Below are positions 18,860 to 30,182 of a stretch of DNA of 62,913 nucleotides, in pieces. The notes beneath the pieces were generated by a model. The model did no database searches. It was given only the letters and a program-made list of their open reading frames with translations, and was not told the origin of the DNA. A program made the translations under genes and the position numbers. The first letter of the stretch is position 1. Each line of letters begins with the position of its first letter. This DNA comes from Flavobacteriales bacterium (lineage in GTDB: Bacteria > Bacteroidota > Bacteroidia > Flavobacteriales_G > JALEGO01): assembly GCA_020631045.1 (NCBI GenBank), contig JAHDHZ010000007.1, forward strand, positions 1 through 62,913, in the 5' to 3' direction.

Positions 18860-20035
18860 ATGAAGGCTTTACACAACTTTATAGAAAATAACATCAAGCC
18901 TACCTTCGATGAAGGAGGTAAGCTAGAAAAGCTGTATCCGGCTTATGATGCTTTATACACATTTTTATTTGTGCCAGCACATGCTAATCATCATGGCGTA
19001 CACGTTCGCGATGGCATTGATTTGAAGCGTACTATGGTCACTGTAATTTTAGCATTGGTGCCCTGCTTGCTTTTTGGTATTTGGAATACAGGCCACCAAC
19101 ATTTTTTAGCATTAGGTCAAACTGCTGAGTTTTGGGACAAAGTATTATTTGGAGCACTCAAGGTAATGCCTATTGTTGTGGTGTCTTATACTGTAGGATT
19201 AGGTGTTGAGTTTGCTATGGCTGTAATTAAAAAATCTCAAGTTGAAGAAGGTTTTTTGGTCTCAGGTATGTTGATTCCACTTTGTTTGCCTGCTGATATC
19301 CCACTTTGGATGGTGGCTGTGGCTACAATTTTTGCCGTTTTAATTGGTAAAGAAGTTTTTGGAGGAACAGGCATGAATGTTTTAAACCCTGCATTAACTG
19401 CTAGAGCTTTCTTATTTTTTGCCTACCCTACTTACATGTCAGGAGATACGGTATGGCATGCTGATGAGGCATTCTCTGGTTCGGTAGATGCTGTTACAGG
19501 TGCCACTGCTTTGGGTGATGCTGCTGCTAAAATGCCAGTAGATCAAATTGGGGCAAAATACGATATGATGGCCTCTTTTATTGGTACAATTCCTGGGTCA
19601 GTCGGCGAGACATCAGTAGTAGCCTGCCTGATCGGAGCTTTTATTTTATTGCTCACAGGCATTGGTTCTTGGAGAATCATGGCTTCTATGGTTTTGGGTG
19701 GATATACTATGGGATTGATTTTTAACTTTTTTGCAGTAAATCCGCTCATGCAAATTGATGCCCTACATCATTTATTAATTGGTGGATTTGCTTTTGGATG
19801 TGTTTTTATGGCTACAGATCCTGTAAGTGCTGCACAAACCAACACAGGTAAATATATCTATGGGTTTTTATGTGGATTTTTAGGCATTATGATTAGGGTC
19901 TTTAACCCTGCATATCCTGAAGGCATTATGTTGGCTATTTTATTTATGAATGTAATGGCACCAATGGTTGATCATTATGTAGTGCAAGCCAACATCAATA
20001 GAAGATTAAAACGATTAAACACTGTAAACGCTTAA
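18860..20035 (+). CDS. nqrB: NQR subunit B
   Basis: HVRDGIDLKRTM, KEVFGGTG, FMN site TGAT, FMATDPVS. Confidence 0.96.
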   Translation: MKALHNFIENNIKPTFDEGGKLEKLYPAYDALYTFLFVPAHANHHGVHVRDGIDLKRTMVTVILALVPCLLFGIWNTGHQHFLALGQTAEFWDKVLFGALKVMPIVVVSYTVGLGVEFAMAVIKKSQVEEGFLVSGMLIPLCLPADIPLWMVAVATIFAVLIGKEVFGGTGMNVLNPALTARAFLFFAYPTYMSGDTVWHADEAFSGSVDAVTGATALGDAAAKMPVDQIGAKYDMMASFIGTIPGSVGETSVVACLIGAFILLLTGIGSWRIMASMVLGGYTMGLIFNFFAVNPLMQIDALHHLLIGGFAFGCVFMATDPVSAAQTNTGKYIYGFLCGFLGIMIRVFNPAYPEGIMLAILFMNVMAPMVDHYVVQANINRRLKRLNTVNA

Positions 20036-20036
20036 G

Positions 20037-20798
20037 ATGAATACCAACAGTAACGCATATACATTTGTTTTCATGGCTGTTTTAGCCATTGCGGTCTCTA
20101 TATTGCTCGCATCAACAGCTGAAGGGTTAAAGCCTTTTCAAAAAGAAAACATCAAGAAAGAGAAGATGCAAAATATTCTAGCATCAGTGGGCATAAAAGT
20201 AAGTCCAGAGAACGCGCAGTCTAGTTTTGATCAGTATATTGTCAATCAAATTGTATTAGATGGCAAGGGTGATGTAAAAACGTCTAATAAAAAAGCTTTT
20301 GATGTAGATGTCTTAAAAGAATACAAATCGGGCTTGAACAGCATTTATGCACAACATCAAAATGATGCTTCTGCAAGAGCTAATGCTTTAATAGAAAAGG
20401 ATGCCAATTATCCTTTGTTTGTATGCAAGAAAGAAAATGGAACGACCAATTACATCATTCCTGTTGTTGGTAAAGGACTTTGGGGCCCAATATGGGGGTA
20501 TGTAGCCCTTGAAGAAGATAAGGCAACAGTTTCAGGAACTACGTTTGATCACAAAACAGAAACCCCAGGTCTTGGTGCTGAAATCAATCAAGCATTTTTT
20601 CAAGTACAATGGGTAGGTAAAAAGATATTTGACAATGATGGAAATTTCACTTCTGTAAAAGTGTTAAAAGGAGGCAACACAGCTTCAAACCCGCATGGAG
20701 TAGACGCTATCAGTGGCGGCACCATTACTAGTAACGGAGTAAGTGAAATGGTTGAACGTACGCTTTCAATATATGAACCATATCTTAAAAATTCATAA
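20037..20798 (+). CDS. nqrC: NQR subunit C
   Basis: GKGLWGPIWG, ETPGLGAEI, FMN site VDAISGGTITS. Confidence 0.95.
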   Translation: MNTNSNAYTFVFMAVLAIAVSILLASTAEGLKPFQKENIKKEKMQNILASVGIKVSPENAQSSFDQYIVNQIVLDGKGDVKTSNKKAFDVDVLKEYKSGLNSIYAQHQNDASARANALIEKDANYPLFVCKKENGTTNYIIPVVGKGLWGPIWGYVALEEDKATVSGTTFDHKTETPGLGAEINQAFFQVQWVGKKIFDNDGNFTSVKVLKGGNTASNPHGVDAISGGTITSNGVSEMVERTLSIYEPYLKNS

Positions 20799-20801
20799 CA
20801 C

Positions 20802-21458
20802 ATGTCAGCACTAGCAGAAAAGAAGAAGCCTTTTTTTGGCAAAAAAGAAAAAAAGTTAATCACTGATCCTTTTGATGATAGCAACCCTATCACAGTTCAG
20901 GTATTGGGTATTTGCTCAGCTCTTGCCATTACCGTTCAGGTAAAACAAGCAGTTGTGATGAGTATTTCTGTGATTTTTGTAATGGTATTTTCAAGTTTGA
21001 TTGTCTCGCTTTTAAGAAACTTGATTCCTACTCGAGTGCGTATTATCGTTCAGTTGGTGGTAGTAGCTACAATGGTGATTTTAGTTGATCAAGTACTGAA
21101 AGCTTATGTCTATGATGTAAGTAAACAACTTTCAGTATTCGTAGGATTGATCATTACCAACTGTATTGTAATGGGCCGTTTAGAGGCTTTTGCGTTGGGC
21201 AACAAGCCTTTTCCTGCGGTGATTGATGCAATCGGAAATGGTCTTGGTTATGGCATTATCTTGATCATTGTCGCCTTTGTAAGAGAATTATTTGGTTCTG
21301 GTAAACTATGGGGCTTTCAAGTCGTTCCGCAAAGCTTTTATGATTTCGGGTACGTCAATAATGGGCTGATGATTTTGCCTCCCATGGCTTTAATTACTGT
21401 GGGTATTATCATTTGGATTCAGCGAAGTAGAAACACAGCGTTAATCGAAGAAAATTAA
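20802..21458 (+). CDS. nqrD: NQR subunit D
   Basis: [27 protein letters not shown]. Confidence 0.96.
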   Translation: MSALAEKKKPFFGKKEKKLITDPFDDSNPITVQVLGICSALAITVQVKQAVVMSISVIFVMVFSSLIVSLLRNLIPTRVRIIVQLVVVATMVILVDQVLKAYVYDVSKQLSVFVGLIITNCIVMGRLEAFALGNKPFPAVIDAIGNGLGYGIILIIVAFVRELFGSGKLWGFQVVPQSFYDFGYVNNGLMILPPMALITVGIIIWIQRSRNTALIEEN

Positions 21459-21463
21459 GCATT

Positions 21464-22078
21464 ATGGATTTAGTAAACATCTTTGTTAAGTCAATTTTTG
21501 TAGACAATATGATCTTTGCCTACTTTTTAGGCATGTGTTCATATTTAGCGGTATCTAAAACTGTGAAAACCGCCTTTGGGTTGGGAATGGCCGTCATATT
21601 CGTTTTGGTGGTGACCGTGCCGATGAATTATCTGTTAGAGAATTATGTGTTAAAAGAAGGCGCGCTGGCATGGATTGATGCTTCATACGCCTCAGTTGAC
21701 TTGAGTTTCTTGAGTTTCATCATGTTCATTGCTGTGGTAGCTGCCATAGTACAATTGGTAGAAATGCTGGTTGAAAAACTCTCTCCTGCCCTTTACGGAT
21801 CTTTAGGTATTTTCTTGCCCCTTATTGCCGTGAACTGTTCAATCTTGGGTGGTGCACTATTTATGCAAGAACGACAGTATTCTAGCATCGCTGAGGCAAC
21901 AAGCTTTGCTTTAGGTTCAGGTATTGGATGGTTCTTGGCTATTGTGGCCATTGCAGCCATCAGAGAAAAAGTGCGTTATTCAAACGTTCCTGCCCCATTA
22001 AGAGGATTGGGCATTACATTTATCATCACAGGACTCATGGGCCTTGCCTTTATGAGCTTTATGGGAATTGAATTATAA
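21464..22078 (+). CDS. nqrE: NQR subunit E
   Basis: [30 protein letters not shown]. Confidence 0.96.
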   Translation: MDLVNIFVKSIFVDNMIFAYFLGMCSYLAVSKTVKTAFGLGMAVIFVLVVTVPMNYLLENYVLKEGALAWIDASYASVDLSFLSFIMFIAVVAAIVQLVEMLVEKLSPALYGSLGIFLPLIAVNCSILGGALFMQERQYSSIAEATSFALGSGIGWFLAIVAIAAIREKVRYSNVPAPLRGLGITFIITGLMGLAFMSFMGIEL

Positions 22079-22088
22079 TATATAAGAT

Positions 22089-23387
22089 ATGGGAATTACT
22101 TTAGTTGCGACTACCATTGCGTTTTTAATCTTATCACTACTCTTAGTGGCTTTATTGTTGTTTGCAAAAGCCAAACTCACTCCTTCTGGAGCCATTAGCC
22201 TGAATATCAATGGTGAGAAAACCATAGAAGTTGAAGCAGGAAGCACGATTCTTTCTACCCTGGGCAACAACAAAATCTTCTTACCTTCTGCTTGTGGAGG
22301 CGGTGGTACTTGTGCTATGTGCAAATGTCAGGTCTTGAAAGGAGGCGGAGAAATTTTACCTACAGAAGCACCTTATTTCTCTAGAAAAGAAATCGCAGAT
22401 AATTGGCGTTTAGGTTGCCAGGTGAAAATCAAAGAAGATATGGATATTCAAATTCCTGAAGAAATCTTTGGTATTAAAAAGTGGGAATGTGAGGTGATCT
22501 CTAATTACAACGTAGCGACATTTATCAAAGAATTTATTGTAAAGCTCCCAGAAGGTGAAACCCTTGATTTTGAAGCGGGTGGATACATTCAAATTGATGT
22601 ACCTGAAGTGACTGTTAACTATAAAGACTTTGATATTACTGCTCACCCTAAATATCATGATTCACCTGATAAATTTCAAAAAGATTGGGATAAATTTAAT
22701 TTATGGCCTCTTAAAATGACCAATGATGAACCCATCTTTAGAGCCTATTCAATGTCAAATCACCCAGCCGAGGGTAATATTGTATCACTCACCATTCGTA
22801 TTGCCACTCCCCCATTTGACAGAGCGAAAAATACTTGGATGGATGTAAACCCAGGAATCTGTTCTTCTTATGTATTTTCTAGAAAGCCAGGTGATAAAGT
22901 GACTATTTCTGGCCCTTACGGTGAATTCTTCATTAAAGAGACTGAAGCAGAGATGCTCTACATTGGTGGTGGTGCAGGTATGGCCCCAATGCGCTCTCAC
23001 TTATACCACTTATTTCATACCCTTAAAACAGGTCGAAAAGTAACGTTCTTCTACGGAGGTAGAACCAAACAAGAGCTCTTTTATGTAGAAGAATTTAGAG
23101 AAATTGAAAAGAAATTTCCAAACTTTAGATTTGCAGTTGCCCTTGACAACCCTTTACCCGAAGACAATTGGGAGCTGAAAAAAGATTTAGATGACCCTAA
23201 TGGCGATGGATTTAAAGGCTATGTGCACCAAGTAGTAATTGATGAATTTTTAAAGAAGCATGATGCTCCTGAAGACTTAGAATTGTATTTTTGTGGACCT
23301 CCAATTATGAATCAATGTGTACTTCAGATGGCTGAAGATTGGGGGATTCCTGATGAGAATGTTTCATTTGATGACTTCGGAGGGTAA
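22089..23387 (+). CDS. nqrF: NQR subunit F
   Basis: SACGGGGTCAMC, RAYSM, GGGAGMAPMRSH, CGPP, DDFGG. Confidence 0.97.
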   Translation: MGITLVATTIAFLILSLLLVALLLFAKAKLTPSGAISLNINGEKTIEVEAGSTILSTLGNNKIFLPSACGGGGTCAMCKCQVLKGGGEILPTEAPYFSRKEIADNWRLGCQVKIKEDMDIQIPEEIFGIKKWECEVISNYNVATFIKEFIVKLPEGETLDFEAGGYIQIDVPEVTVNYKDFDITAHPKYHDSPDKFQKDWDKFNLWPLKMTNDEPIFRAYSMSNHPAEGNIVSLTIRIATPPFDRAKNTWMDVNPGICSSYVFSRKPGDKVTISGPYGEFFIKETEAEMLYIGGGAGMAPMRSHLYHLFHTLKTGRKVTFFYGGRTKQELFYVEEFREIEKKFPNFRFAVALDNPLPEDNWELKKDLDDPNGDGFKGYVHQVVIDEFLKKHDAPEDLELYFCGPPIMNQCVLQMAEDWGIPDENVSFDDFGG

Positions 23388-23459
23388 CTTATTTTTTTAA
23401 TCAGCTTTTCGTTATCTCACAAAATAAAAATACTCACTTACACCAGTAAGCTCCGTTTT

Positions 23460-23467
23460 TAATTTTG
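23460..23467 (+). promoter_or_regulatory. -7 box for apbE
   Basis: TAATTTTG 4 nt before ATG 23472. Confidence 0.55.
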
Positions 23468-23471
23468 TAAG

Positions 23472-24527
23472 ATGCCTCAACCTGATCAAAAACATTGCGT
23501 TACCTTATCAATAAAAGTTTCTTTTTTTTGCTTACTCCTTATTTATTCATGTTCTAGTAAAAAGAACAGTTGGATACAACTTTCTGGAAATACTCAAGGC
23601 ACCACCTACTCTATCGTTTATGAAGATGCTGGGGCTAAAAATTATGCCTCACAAATTGATTCTATTTTAAATCAAGTCGATCTAGAGCTTTCAACTTATA
23701 GAGCTGATAGTAAAATCTCAGCTTTTAATAAAGCTGCTGACACCTCTTTTGTGTTTGATCAACATAGTTTCTTATTCAAAGAAATGTGTGCTGAGAGCTT
23801 TAAGATTCAACAACAAACAGGTGGGTATTTCATGCCTAGTGTTGGCCCTATGATTGATTATTTTTACAAAGTAAATGATTCGCTTTTTAACAAGGCCTTT
23901 GACTCTTTAAACGTCATTTGTCATGATATTCAATATCATTTTCAGAATGATGAGTTAACTTCTATCTCAAAAACTAAAGTAGAAAGCTCTCTAAACTTCA
24001 ACGCAATTGCACAAGGGTATAGTTGTGATTTAATTGCTTTATTTTTTAAGCAAAAGAATATCTCAAATTTCATGATTGAAATTGGCGGTGAGGTTTTAAC
24101 AAACGGAAAAAATAAAACAAACCTGCCTTGGAATATTGGAGTTGACAAACCAGTAGAAACTCAAGAACAAAGAGCCTTACAACTCATTCTATCTATTGAC
24201 TCTGGAGCTGTTGCTACTTCAGGGTCTTATAGAAATTATAAAATCAAAAACAACCAGAAATACGCACATATACTAAACCCTAAAACTGGGCACCCTATTG
24301 CCCATAACACACTAAGTGTTACAGTTTACCACCCAAACTCTTGTGCCTTAGCTGATGCTTATGCAACTGCTTTTATGAGCATGGGTAAAGAGCGTGCACT
24401 TTTATTTTTAGAAAAAAACAACCACCTAAATCTCTCGGCTTATTTTATATTTGACCAAAATGCTGAATTTAAAACACAATACTCTACATCTTTTAAGCGC
24501 CTGATCAAACGTGAAATTTCAAACTAG
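23472..24527 (+). CDS. apbE: FAD:protein FMN transferase ApbE
   Basis: [43 protein letters not shown]; directly after nqr. Confidence 0.93.
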   Translation: MPQPDQKHCVTLSIKVSFFCLLLIYSCSSKKNSWIQLSGNTQGTTYSIVYEDAGAKNYASQIDSILNQVDLELSTYRADSKISAFNKAADTSFVFDQHSFLFKEMCAESFKIQQQTGGYFMPSVGPMIDYFYKVNDSLFNKAFDSLNVICHDIQYHFQNDELTSISKTKVESSLNFNAIAQGYSCDLIALFFKQKNISNFMIEIGGEVLTNGKNKTNLPWNIGVDKPVETQEQRALQLILSIDSGAVATSGSYRNYKIKNNQKYAHILNPKTGHPIAHNTLSVTVYHPNSCALADAYATAFMSMGKERALLFLEKNNHLNLSAYFIFDQNAEFKTQYSTSFKRLIKREISN

Positions 24528-24969
24528 CATAGAAGTTAAAAACAAAAAAGCATACTTTGAGTATGAAATTTCAGACAAATACACATCTGGCATTGTACTT
24601 ACAGGTACTGAAATCAAATCAATACGCCAGGGAAAAGTCGCCATTAAAGAGTCTTTTTGCGAATTTAAATCTGGTGAACTTTTTATTGTCAATATGCATA
24701 TTGACCCTTATGAAATGGGCACTTACAACAATCATGAACCAAGAAGAAAGCGCAAGTTATTGCTTAATAGACAAGAACTCAATAAACTTTTCAAAGGAGT
24801 AAAAACAAAGGGGATGACCATTGTGCCTCTTAAACTTTTTCTCTCAGAAAAAGGATTGGCTAAAATTCTACTAGGACTTGCGAAGGGCAAGAAAATTCAC
24901 GATAAACGAGAATCAATCAAAGAGAAAGATCTTAAAAGAGAATTAGATCGAAAGCTTAAAAATTATTGA
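24511..24969 (+). CDS. smpB: SsrA-binding protein
   Basis: [35 protein letters not shown]. Confidence 0.96.
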   Translation: MKFQTSIEVKNKKAYFEYEISDKYTSGIVLTGTEIKSIRQGKVAIKESFCEFKSGELFIVNMHIDPYEMGTYNNHEPRRKRKLLLNRQELNKLFKGVKTKGMTIVPLKLFLSEKGLAKILLGLAKGKKIHDKRESIKEKDLKRELDRKLKNY

Positions 24970-26582
24970 CCTTCTGTGGGAACACTCAAAGGCTTTAAAT
25001 CAATAGCTCTGTTGACTTCTTGGTAAGCAGAACCTGCAGGAACTTCTAAGGTCTCACTGAAAATAACTCCAACATTTCCTTCGTAATCAATGTTATAGGT
25101 TTTTCCTGGGTGTAAAATAATAATGTATTTTCCAGTTTGAGAATTAGGTATGTAATTACCCACTAGATCGCCATTTTCAGCATCAGTAACTGTAATAAAT
25201 AAATCTTGTGGAATATTGCCTTGATCATCTTTTGCGATGCCTTTATAAACCGTTAAAGGAGTCGGAGAAACATCAGGAAAAGTGATCTCATAAATATCTT
25301 GTTTCCCAAATCCATCACCTCTAAAAGTAGAGTACATAGCTCTTCTTCTATCAAGTGTGGGCTTGAAATGAATATCGTCTGCAGGTGAATTTACAGGGTA
25401 GCCTAAGTTTTGAGGCTTTGACCACTTATTTTTTTCAAGTTCAGTAAAGAAAATATCGTAACCCCCAATACCTGGGTGGCCTTTAGAACTAAAAAACAAT
25501 GTAATGCCATCTGGATGCATAAAAGGTGCATTTTCATCTTCTTCAGTATTGATCATCTGACCTGCATTTTGAGCTAGCGCCCACGCACCATTCGGTAATT
25601 TATTACAAAAATAAATATCCTTACCTCCAAATCCTCCCGGACGATCACTTGAAAAATAAAGCCTCTGCTTATCATTGCTGATGCTCACACTGCCTTCCCA
25701 ATATTCAGAATTGATATCAGATCCAAACTTTACAGGACTTTGCCATGTTCCGTTTTCAATGTTACTGTAATACAAGTCTCCGCCACCTTGCAAATCATAT
25801 CTATAAATTAAAAGCTGCTTGCCATCTGTAGATAAGTTGATCGAAGCATCATGAGCAGAAGTATTTATATTTCCTGAAATAAGCTCAGGAGCTTGCCAAG
25901 AACCTTGTGCATCTTTGAAAGACACATAAATATCTTCATCTACCTTTTCTTGCTGAATAGAATCTGACACATTGGGTCTTTTAGAGGTAAAAACAAGCAT
26001 TGACTCATCGCCACTCAAACAAGGAAAATACTCTTGGTAATTTGTATTAATCACTTTTCCTATGTTCTTGATTGTCATATTTAAAGGGAATTGCTTTTGT
26101 TTAATGGCATTTTTTGAAGCTTCAATTTTTCGATTCACTTCTTTTATCGCCTCAATTCCATTTGGGTCTAATTGGTCTTTATAACGCTCATATGTAGCAA
26201 TTGCTGTTTCAAACTGATAATTTAAGTGGTAAGCATCTCCTAAAAACATCAATGCATAAGGCGGTGCATACTGTTCTCTATAGTCACCAATCACGTATCT
26301 TGTTGAAGTATTTGAAGCTGCTTTTGTAAGGTATTCAATCGCTCTATGCGGATTGATTACAGGTGGATTCAAATAACAAAATCCCTTCAAATAATGAACA
26401 TTGGCATTTGCAGCATCAATTGATTCAAGCTTATCGACATACTTCAATGCTAAAAAATAATCTTCAAGCTGAAATTCAAGCATTACACGCTCAAAAGTAG
26501 TTCTAAAATTATCATCTTGCTGGGCAAATCCAACTTGAATAGAATAACAAATAAATATAAGTACGAGAAGTCTTTTCAACAT
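24963..26582 (-). CDS. TPR + PD40 beta-propeller + carboxypeptidase-regulatory-like protein (PorE-like, no OmpA domain)
   Basis: Signal peptide, TPRs, [39 protein letters not shown]. Confidence 0.85.
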   Translation of the reverse strand: MLKRLLVLIFICYSIQVGFAQQDDNFRTTFERVMLEFQLEDYFLALKYVDKLESIDAANANVHYLKGFCYLNPPVINPHRAIEYLTKAASNTSTRYVIGDYREQYAPPYALMFLGDAYHLNYQFETAIATYERYKDQLDPNGIEAIKEVNRKIEASKNAIKQKQFPLNMTIKNIGKVINTNYQEYFPCLSGDESMLVFTSKRPNVSDSIQQEKVDEDIYVSFKDAQGSWQAPELISGNINTSAHDASINLSTDGKQLLIYRYDLQGGGDLYYSNIENGTWQSPVKFGSDINSEYWEGSVSISNDKQRLYFSSDRPGGFGGKDIYFCNKLPNGAWALAQNAGQMINTEEDENAPFMHPDGITLFFSSKGHPGIGGYDIFFTELEKNKWSKPQNLGYPVNSPADDIHFKPTLDRRRAMYSTFRGDGFGKQDIYEITFPDVSPTPLTVYKGIAKDDQGNIPQDLFITVTDAENGDLVGNYIPNSQTGKYIIILHPGKTYNIDYEGNVGVIFSETLEVPAGSAYQEVNRAIDLKPLSVPTEGQ

Positions 26583-26604
26583 TTTACATGCATTAAGTAT
26601 TGCA

Positions 26605-26662
26605 CAAATATATTTATATAATGTGATTCTTAAGTAGAATCATGAATTGTTTGTTAAATTTG
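26605..26662. promoter_or_regulatory. Divergent -7 boxes
   Basis: TATATTTG on minus strand (26605-26612); TAAATTTG on plus strand (26655-26662). Confidence 0.65.
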
Positions 26663-26677
26663 TGCAAAAATTAGCCT

Positions 26678-27091
26678 ATGTCAATGCTCATTCATGCCCA
26701 CTCAGGAATTAGATACCTTATTATTTTACTTATTGCACTTACCATTGCTTATGGTTTGTATTTGATCTTTACAAAAAAAGCATATGATTCTGTATTTAAA
26801 AAGTTGACTACCTTAACCATGTCAATCACACACATTCAATTCATCATCGGTATTGTTGTTTATTTTATGTCCCCTAAAGTGATGCTTTCAGATATGTCTG
26901 TAGCTATGAAAAATCCTTCGATACGCTTTTTTACTGTTGAGCATGCTTTTATGATGGTCATCGCCATTGTGTTGCTAACAATTGGTCATGTTCGTTCTAA
27001 ACGCAGTCAAAAAATCACTCCAGCACTTTCTTTATTTGTTTTTGCTTTTATTTTAATACTAGCAGCTATCCCTGGCTTTTTAAGAGCTTAA
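26678..27091 (+). CDS. Small 4-TM membrane protein with histidines (cytochrome b-like hypothetical)
   Basis: HAHSGIRY, THIQFIIG, RFFTVEHAFMM. Confidence 0.65.
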   Translation: MSMLIHAHSGIRYLIILLIALTIAYGLYLIFTKKAYDSVFKKLTTLTMSITHIQFIIGIVVYFMSPKVMLSDMSVAMKNPSIRFFTVEHAFMMVIAIVLLTIGHVRSKRSQKITPALSLFVFAFILILAAIPGFLRA

Positions 27092-27103
27092 GAGCTAGCT
27101 TAA

Positions 27104-28288
27104 ATGATTGAAAAAAAGAAAACATTTTCAGCAGAGAGCATCGTTTTAGTTGCCCTAATTACACAACACCAAAACGATCAAAAGACAAAAGAGTATTTAG
27201 ATGAATTAGCTTTTTTAGCACTTACCGCAGGAGGGCAAACAAAAAAAAGTTTTGTGCAAAGACTAGATACTCCGAACCCTTCAACATTTATTGGCAAAGG
27301 AAAAGCCATAGAAATAGGCAAATACTGTCATGAATATGAAATTGACATGGTCATTTTTGATGATGAACTCAGTGCCACTCAAATTCGTAATCTTGAAAAA
27401 ATCATTGGTGTTAAAATCGTTGATAGAAGCGGATTGATCCTTGATATTTTTGCTGCACGAGCACAAACCGCACACGCCAAAACACAAGTTGAACTTGCTC
27501 AATACGAATATCTTTTGCCAAGGCTTGCCGGCATGTGGACGCACCTTTCTCGTCAAAAAGGAGGTATTGGCCTTAGAGGACCTGGTGAAACAGAAATTGA
27601 AACTGACAGGAGAATCGTCAGACAAAAAATCTCTTTACTCAAAAAGAAACTTGCTCAAATCGACAAACAAAAATCCACCCAAAGGAAAAATAGGGCTCAA
27701 ATGATTCGAGTAGCCTTGGTAGGTTATACAAATGTGGGTAAATCAACCCTGATCAATCGACTTGCCAAGTCAGAGGTATTTGCAGAAAATAAATTGTTTG
27801 CAACACTCGACACCACGGTAAGAAAAGTAGTCATTGAAAACTTACCTTTTTTACTTTCAGATACCGTTGGATTTATCAGAAAGCTTCCGCACCAATTGAT
27901 TGAGTCTTTTAAATCAACACTCGATGAGACAAGAGAAGCAGATTTGTTGATTCATGTAGTTGATCTTTCAAATCCTGCTTTTGAAGATCAAATGCTAACG
28001 GTGGCTAAAACCATCCATGAAATCGATTCAAATAAAAAACCTACACTCATAGTTTACAATAAAATTGACATGGTTGACCAGAGTCTTCAAGAACATGAGT
28101 TTGATCACACAGGAAATAAACCTGCTTTCAATTTTAAAGAATTTGAAAAGATGAAATTAAAAACAGAGCAATGTGTGTTTATCTCAGCAGTTGAAAAAAC
28201 CAATTTTGAACACTTTAAAAAAGTATTGTATAAAACCGTAGCAGAATTACATAAAAAGCGCTATCCGTACAATCATTTTCTATACTAA
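27104..28288 (+). CDS. hflX: GTPase HflX
   Basis: GPGETEIETDRR, GYTNVGKST, LFATLD, DTVGFI, NKID. Confidence 0.96.
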   Translation: MIEKKKTFSAESIVLVALITQHQNDQKTKEYLDELAFLALTAGGQTKKSFVQRLDTPNPSTFIGKGKAIEIGKYCHEYEIDMVIFDDELSATQIRNLEKIIGVKIVDRSGLILDIFAARAQTAHAKTQVELAQYEYLLPRLAGMWTHLSRQKGGIGLRGPGETEIETDRRIVRQKISLLKKKLAQIDKQKSTQRKNRAQMIRVALVGYTNVGKSTLINRLAKSEVFAENKLFATLDTTVRKVVIENLPFLLSDTVGFIRKLPHQLIESFKSTLDETREADLLIHVVDLSNPAFEDQMLTVAKTIHEIDSNKKPTLIVYNKIDMVDQSLQEHEFDHTGNKPAFNFKEFEKMKLKTEQCVFISAVEKTNFEHFKKVLYKTVAELHKKRYPYNHFLY

Positions 28289-28293
28289 TCTAG

Positions 28294-29052
28294 TTGCAAG
28301 ACCAAAAGCATATAAAAAACAACGCCTACTTTTTTCAAATCAAACACGAGAAACAAAGTAGCTTTAGATTTGATCAGATTTTCAAACAATCTATCAAAAA
28401 TCCTGAGATTGTTTTGAACAACATCAGTGCAAATAATCAGCCCATTATCGCCTACTCTTCTCTTTGTTTAGTCTTGTTTATCATTGTTTTTAAAATAAGC
28501 ATTCAAAACCGTTTTCAATTTTTTTTTCAAAACATTTCAAATGAAAAAAATACGCTTTCACTTTTTCTGCAAAGCACCTTTGTTTTATTTTCATCATTGA
28601 TGCTATCTTTAGTTGTTTTCACTTTACTTATCGATTTAGTTGTTGATGTGAAGCCCTTATTTGTTATCTATTTTTGGGGACTTTTTTGTTTGTTTTTCGG
28701 CTTAAAAACACTGTTAAGTCAGCTCATTACGTTTAATTATAAATTAAGCGTTAGAACCAAAGAATTTATTGAAGAATCTCGCTTTATTATTTTAAAAGCT
28801 ACTTGGATTGCCCTACCTTTTACTATTTTTTATTTTTTTGCTAATTTTCAAGGATTTTCAGGCCTTCAAAATAGTTTAATTTTTGTTGGATTTGGGTTGC
28901 TTTTCTTGTTTTGTGCATGGCTGTTTATAAGAACTTCTCAACACATTAGACAAAAAGAAAAAGTCTCGCTTTATCATATATTTTTATACCTTTGCTGCCT
29001 GGAGTTTTTGCCCATTGCAGTGATTGCAAAATTTGTAGCACAACTCTGCTGA
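28294..29052 (+). CDS. DUF4271 membrane protein
   Basis: Multi-TM; C-terminal FLYLCCLEFLP; position upstream of hemD; start uncertain. Confidence 0.75.
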   Translation: MQDQKHIKNNAYFFQIKHEKQSSFRFDQIFKQSIKNPEIVLNNISANNQPIIAYSSLCLVLFIIVFKISIQNRFQFFFQNISNEKNTLSLFLQSTFVLFSSLMLSLVVFTLLIDLVVDVKPLFVIYFWGLFCLFFGLKTLLSQLITFNYKLSVRTKEFIEESRFIILKATWIALPFTIFYFFANFQGFSGLQNSLIFVGFGLLFLFCAWLFIRTSQHIRQKEKVSLYHIFLYLCCLEFLPIAVIAKFVAQLC

Positions 29053-29071
29053 AAATGATTAAACTATCTGT

Positions 29072-29818
29072 ATGCAAGTAAAAAGTATTCTTGTTTCTCA
29101 ACCGCAACCTGAAAATGATAAAAATCCTTATTCAGAATTAGCACGAGAGCTTAAGTTAAAACTTGACTTTCGTTCATTTATTCACATTGAAGGTATTCCA
29201 ATTCAAGAATTTAGAAAAGAACGCGTACATTTTACTGATTATTCAGCGGTAATCTTGACCTCAAGAAATGCTGCAGATCATTTTTTTAGAATTTGCTCTG
29301 AGGCTAGGATATCTCCGCCAGATTCTATGAAGTATTTTTGCACAAATGAAGCAACTGCTCATTACCTTCAAAAATATATCGTTTATAGAAAAAGAAAAGT
29401 TTTTTACGGTAAAGGGCGTTTTGCTGATTTAATCGAAATAATGGAAAAACATAAAAAAGAAAAGTTTGTGCTTCCTTGTTCTAATGTTTTAAAACCAACG
29501 ATCCCAAATCTGTTAGAAGAAAATAAATTCAATTACACCAAAGCCAATATCTTTAAAACTGTGGTTAGTGATCTATCTGATCTTGAAGATGTTTATTATG
29601 ATATGTTGGTGTTCTTCAGCCCTTCAGGTATAGAGTCTTTATTCAAAAATTTTCCTGATTTCAAACAAAACAAAACAAGAATTGCCGCTTTTGGTCCGAC
29701 CACTATAAAAGCTGTTGAAGACAGAGGATTAAAAGTACACGTAATGGCTCCTTCAAAAGAAGCCCCTTCGATGACCATGGCCATTAGACAATATGTCAAT
29801 CAAGTCAACAAAAACTAG
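29072..29818 (+). CDS. hemD: Uroporphyrinogen-III synthase (HemD-like)
   Basis: VKSILVSQP, ILTSRNA, LVFFSPSGI, AAFGPTT, APSM. Confidence 0.85.
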   Translation: MQVKSILVSQPQPENDKNPYSELARELKLKLDFRSFIHIEGIPIQEFRKERVHFTDYSAVILTSRNAADHFFRICSEARISPPDSMKYFCTNEATAHYLQKYIVYRKRKVFYGKGRFADLIEIMEKHKKEKFVLPCSNVLKPTIPNLLEENKFNYTKANIFKTVVSDLSDLEDVYYDMLVFFSPSGIESLFKNFPDFKQNKTRIAAFGPTTIKAVEDRGLKVHVMAPSKEAPSMTMAIRQYVNQVNKN

Positions 29819-30182
29819 TCACAACTCTTCAAAAAAACTTTCTAAACAAGAGATTGTAAGAAGCAAGATTTTGCTTCAAAAGATTTTTTCAAAGACGGCT
29901 ACAAAACTTTACACACAACATCTAAAGTGTTTTGTGATCAAAGAAGATAAGACTGAACACTCAAGATTTTTTGTAAGTGTGTCGAAAAAAAATGTGAAGC
30001 TTGCTGTTACAAGAAATCAAATTAAAAGACGTTTGAAAGAAGCCATTCGACTTGAAAAACAAACCCTCTCAAATGTACTAAACATTGCTATTGTATATGC
30101 GCATAAGCAGCCTTTACCTTACCAGGTTTTGTTGAATGAAATACGTACTGTTTTTGAGAAAATCAATGCACAAAATGCATAA
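29793..30182 (+). CDS. rnpA: Ribonuclease P protein component
   Basis: [22 protein letters not shown]; gene context. Confidence 0.85.
   Translation: MSIKSTKTSHNSSKKLSKQEIVRSKILLQKIFSKTATKLYTQHLKCFVIKEDKTEHSRFFVSVSKKNVKLAVTRNQIKRRLKEAIRLEKQTLSNVLNIAIVYAHKQPLPYQVLLNEIRTVFEKINAQNA

Noticed and set aside
17510-24527. nqr operon with apbE as a novel system
   Set aside because: Well-characterised canonical arrangement
27081-27096. TAAGAGCT tandem duplication at a stop codon
   Set aside because: Only two 8-bp units and no associated element; chance or slippage
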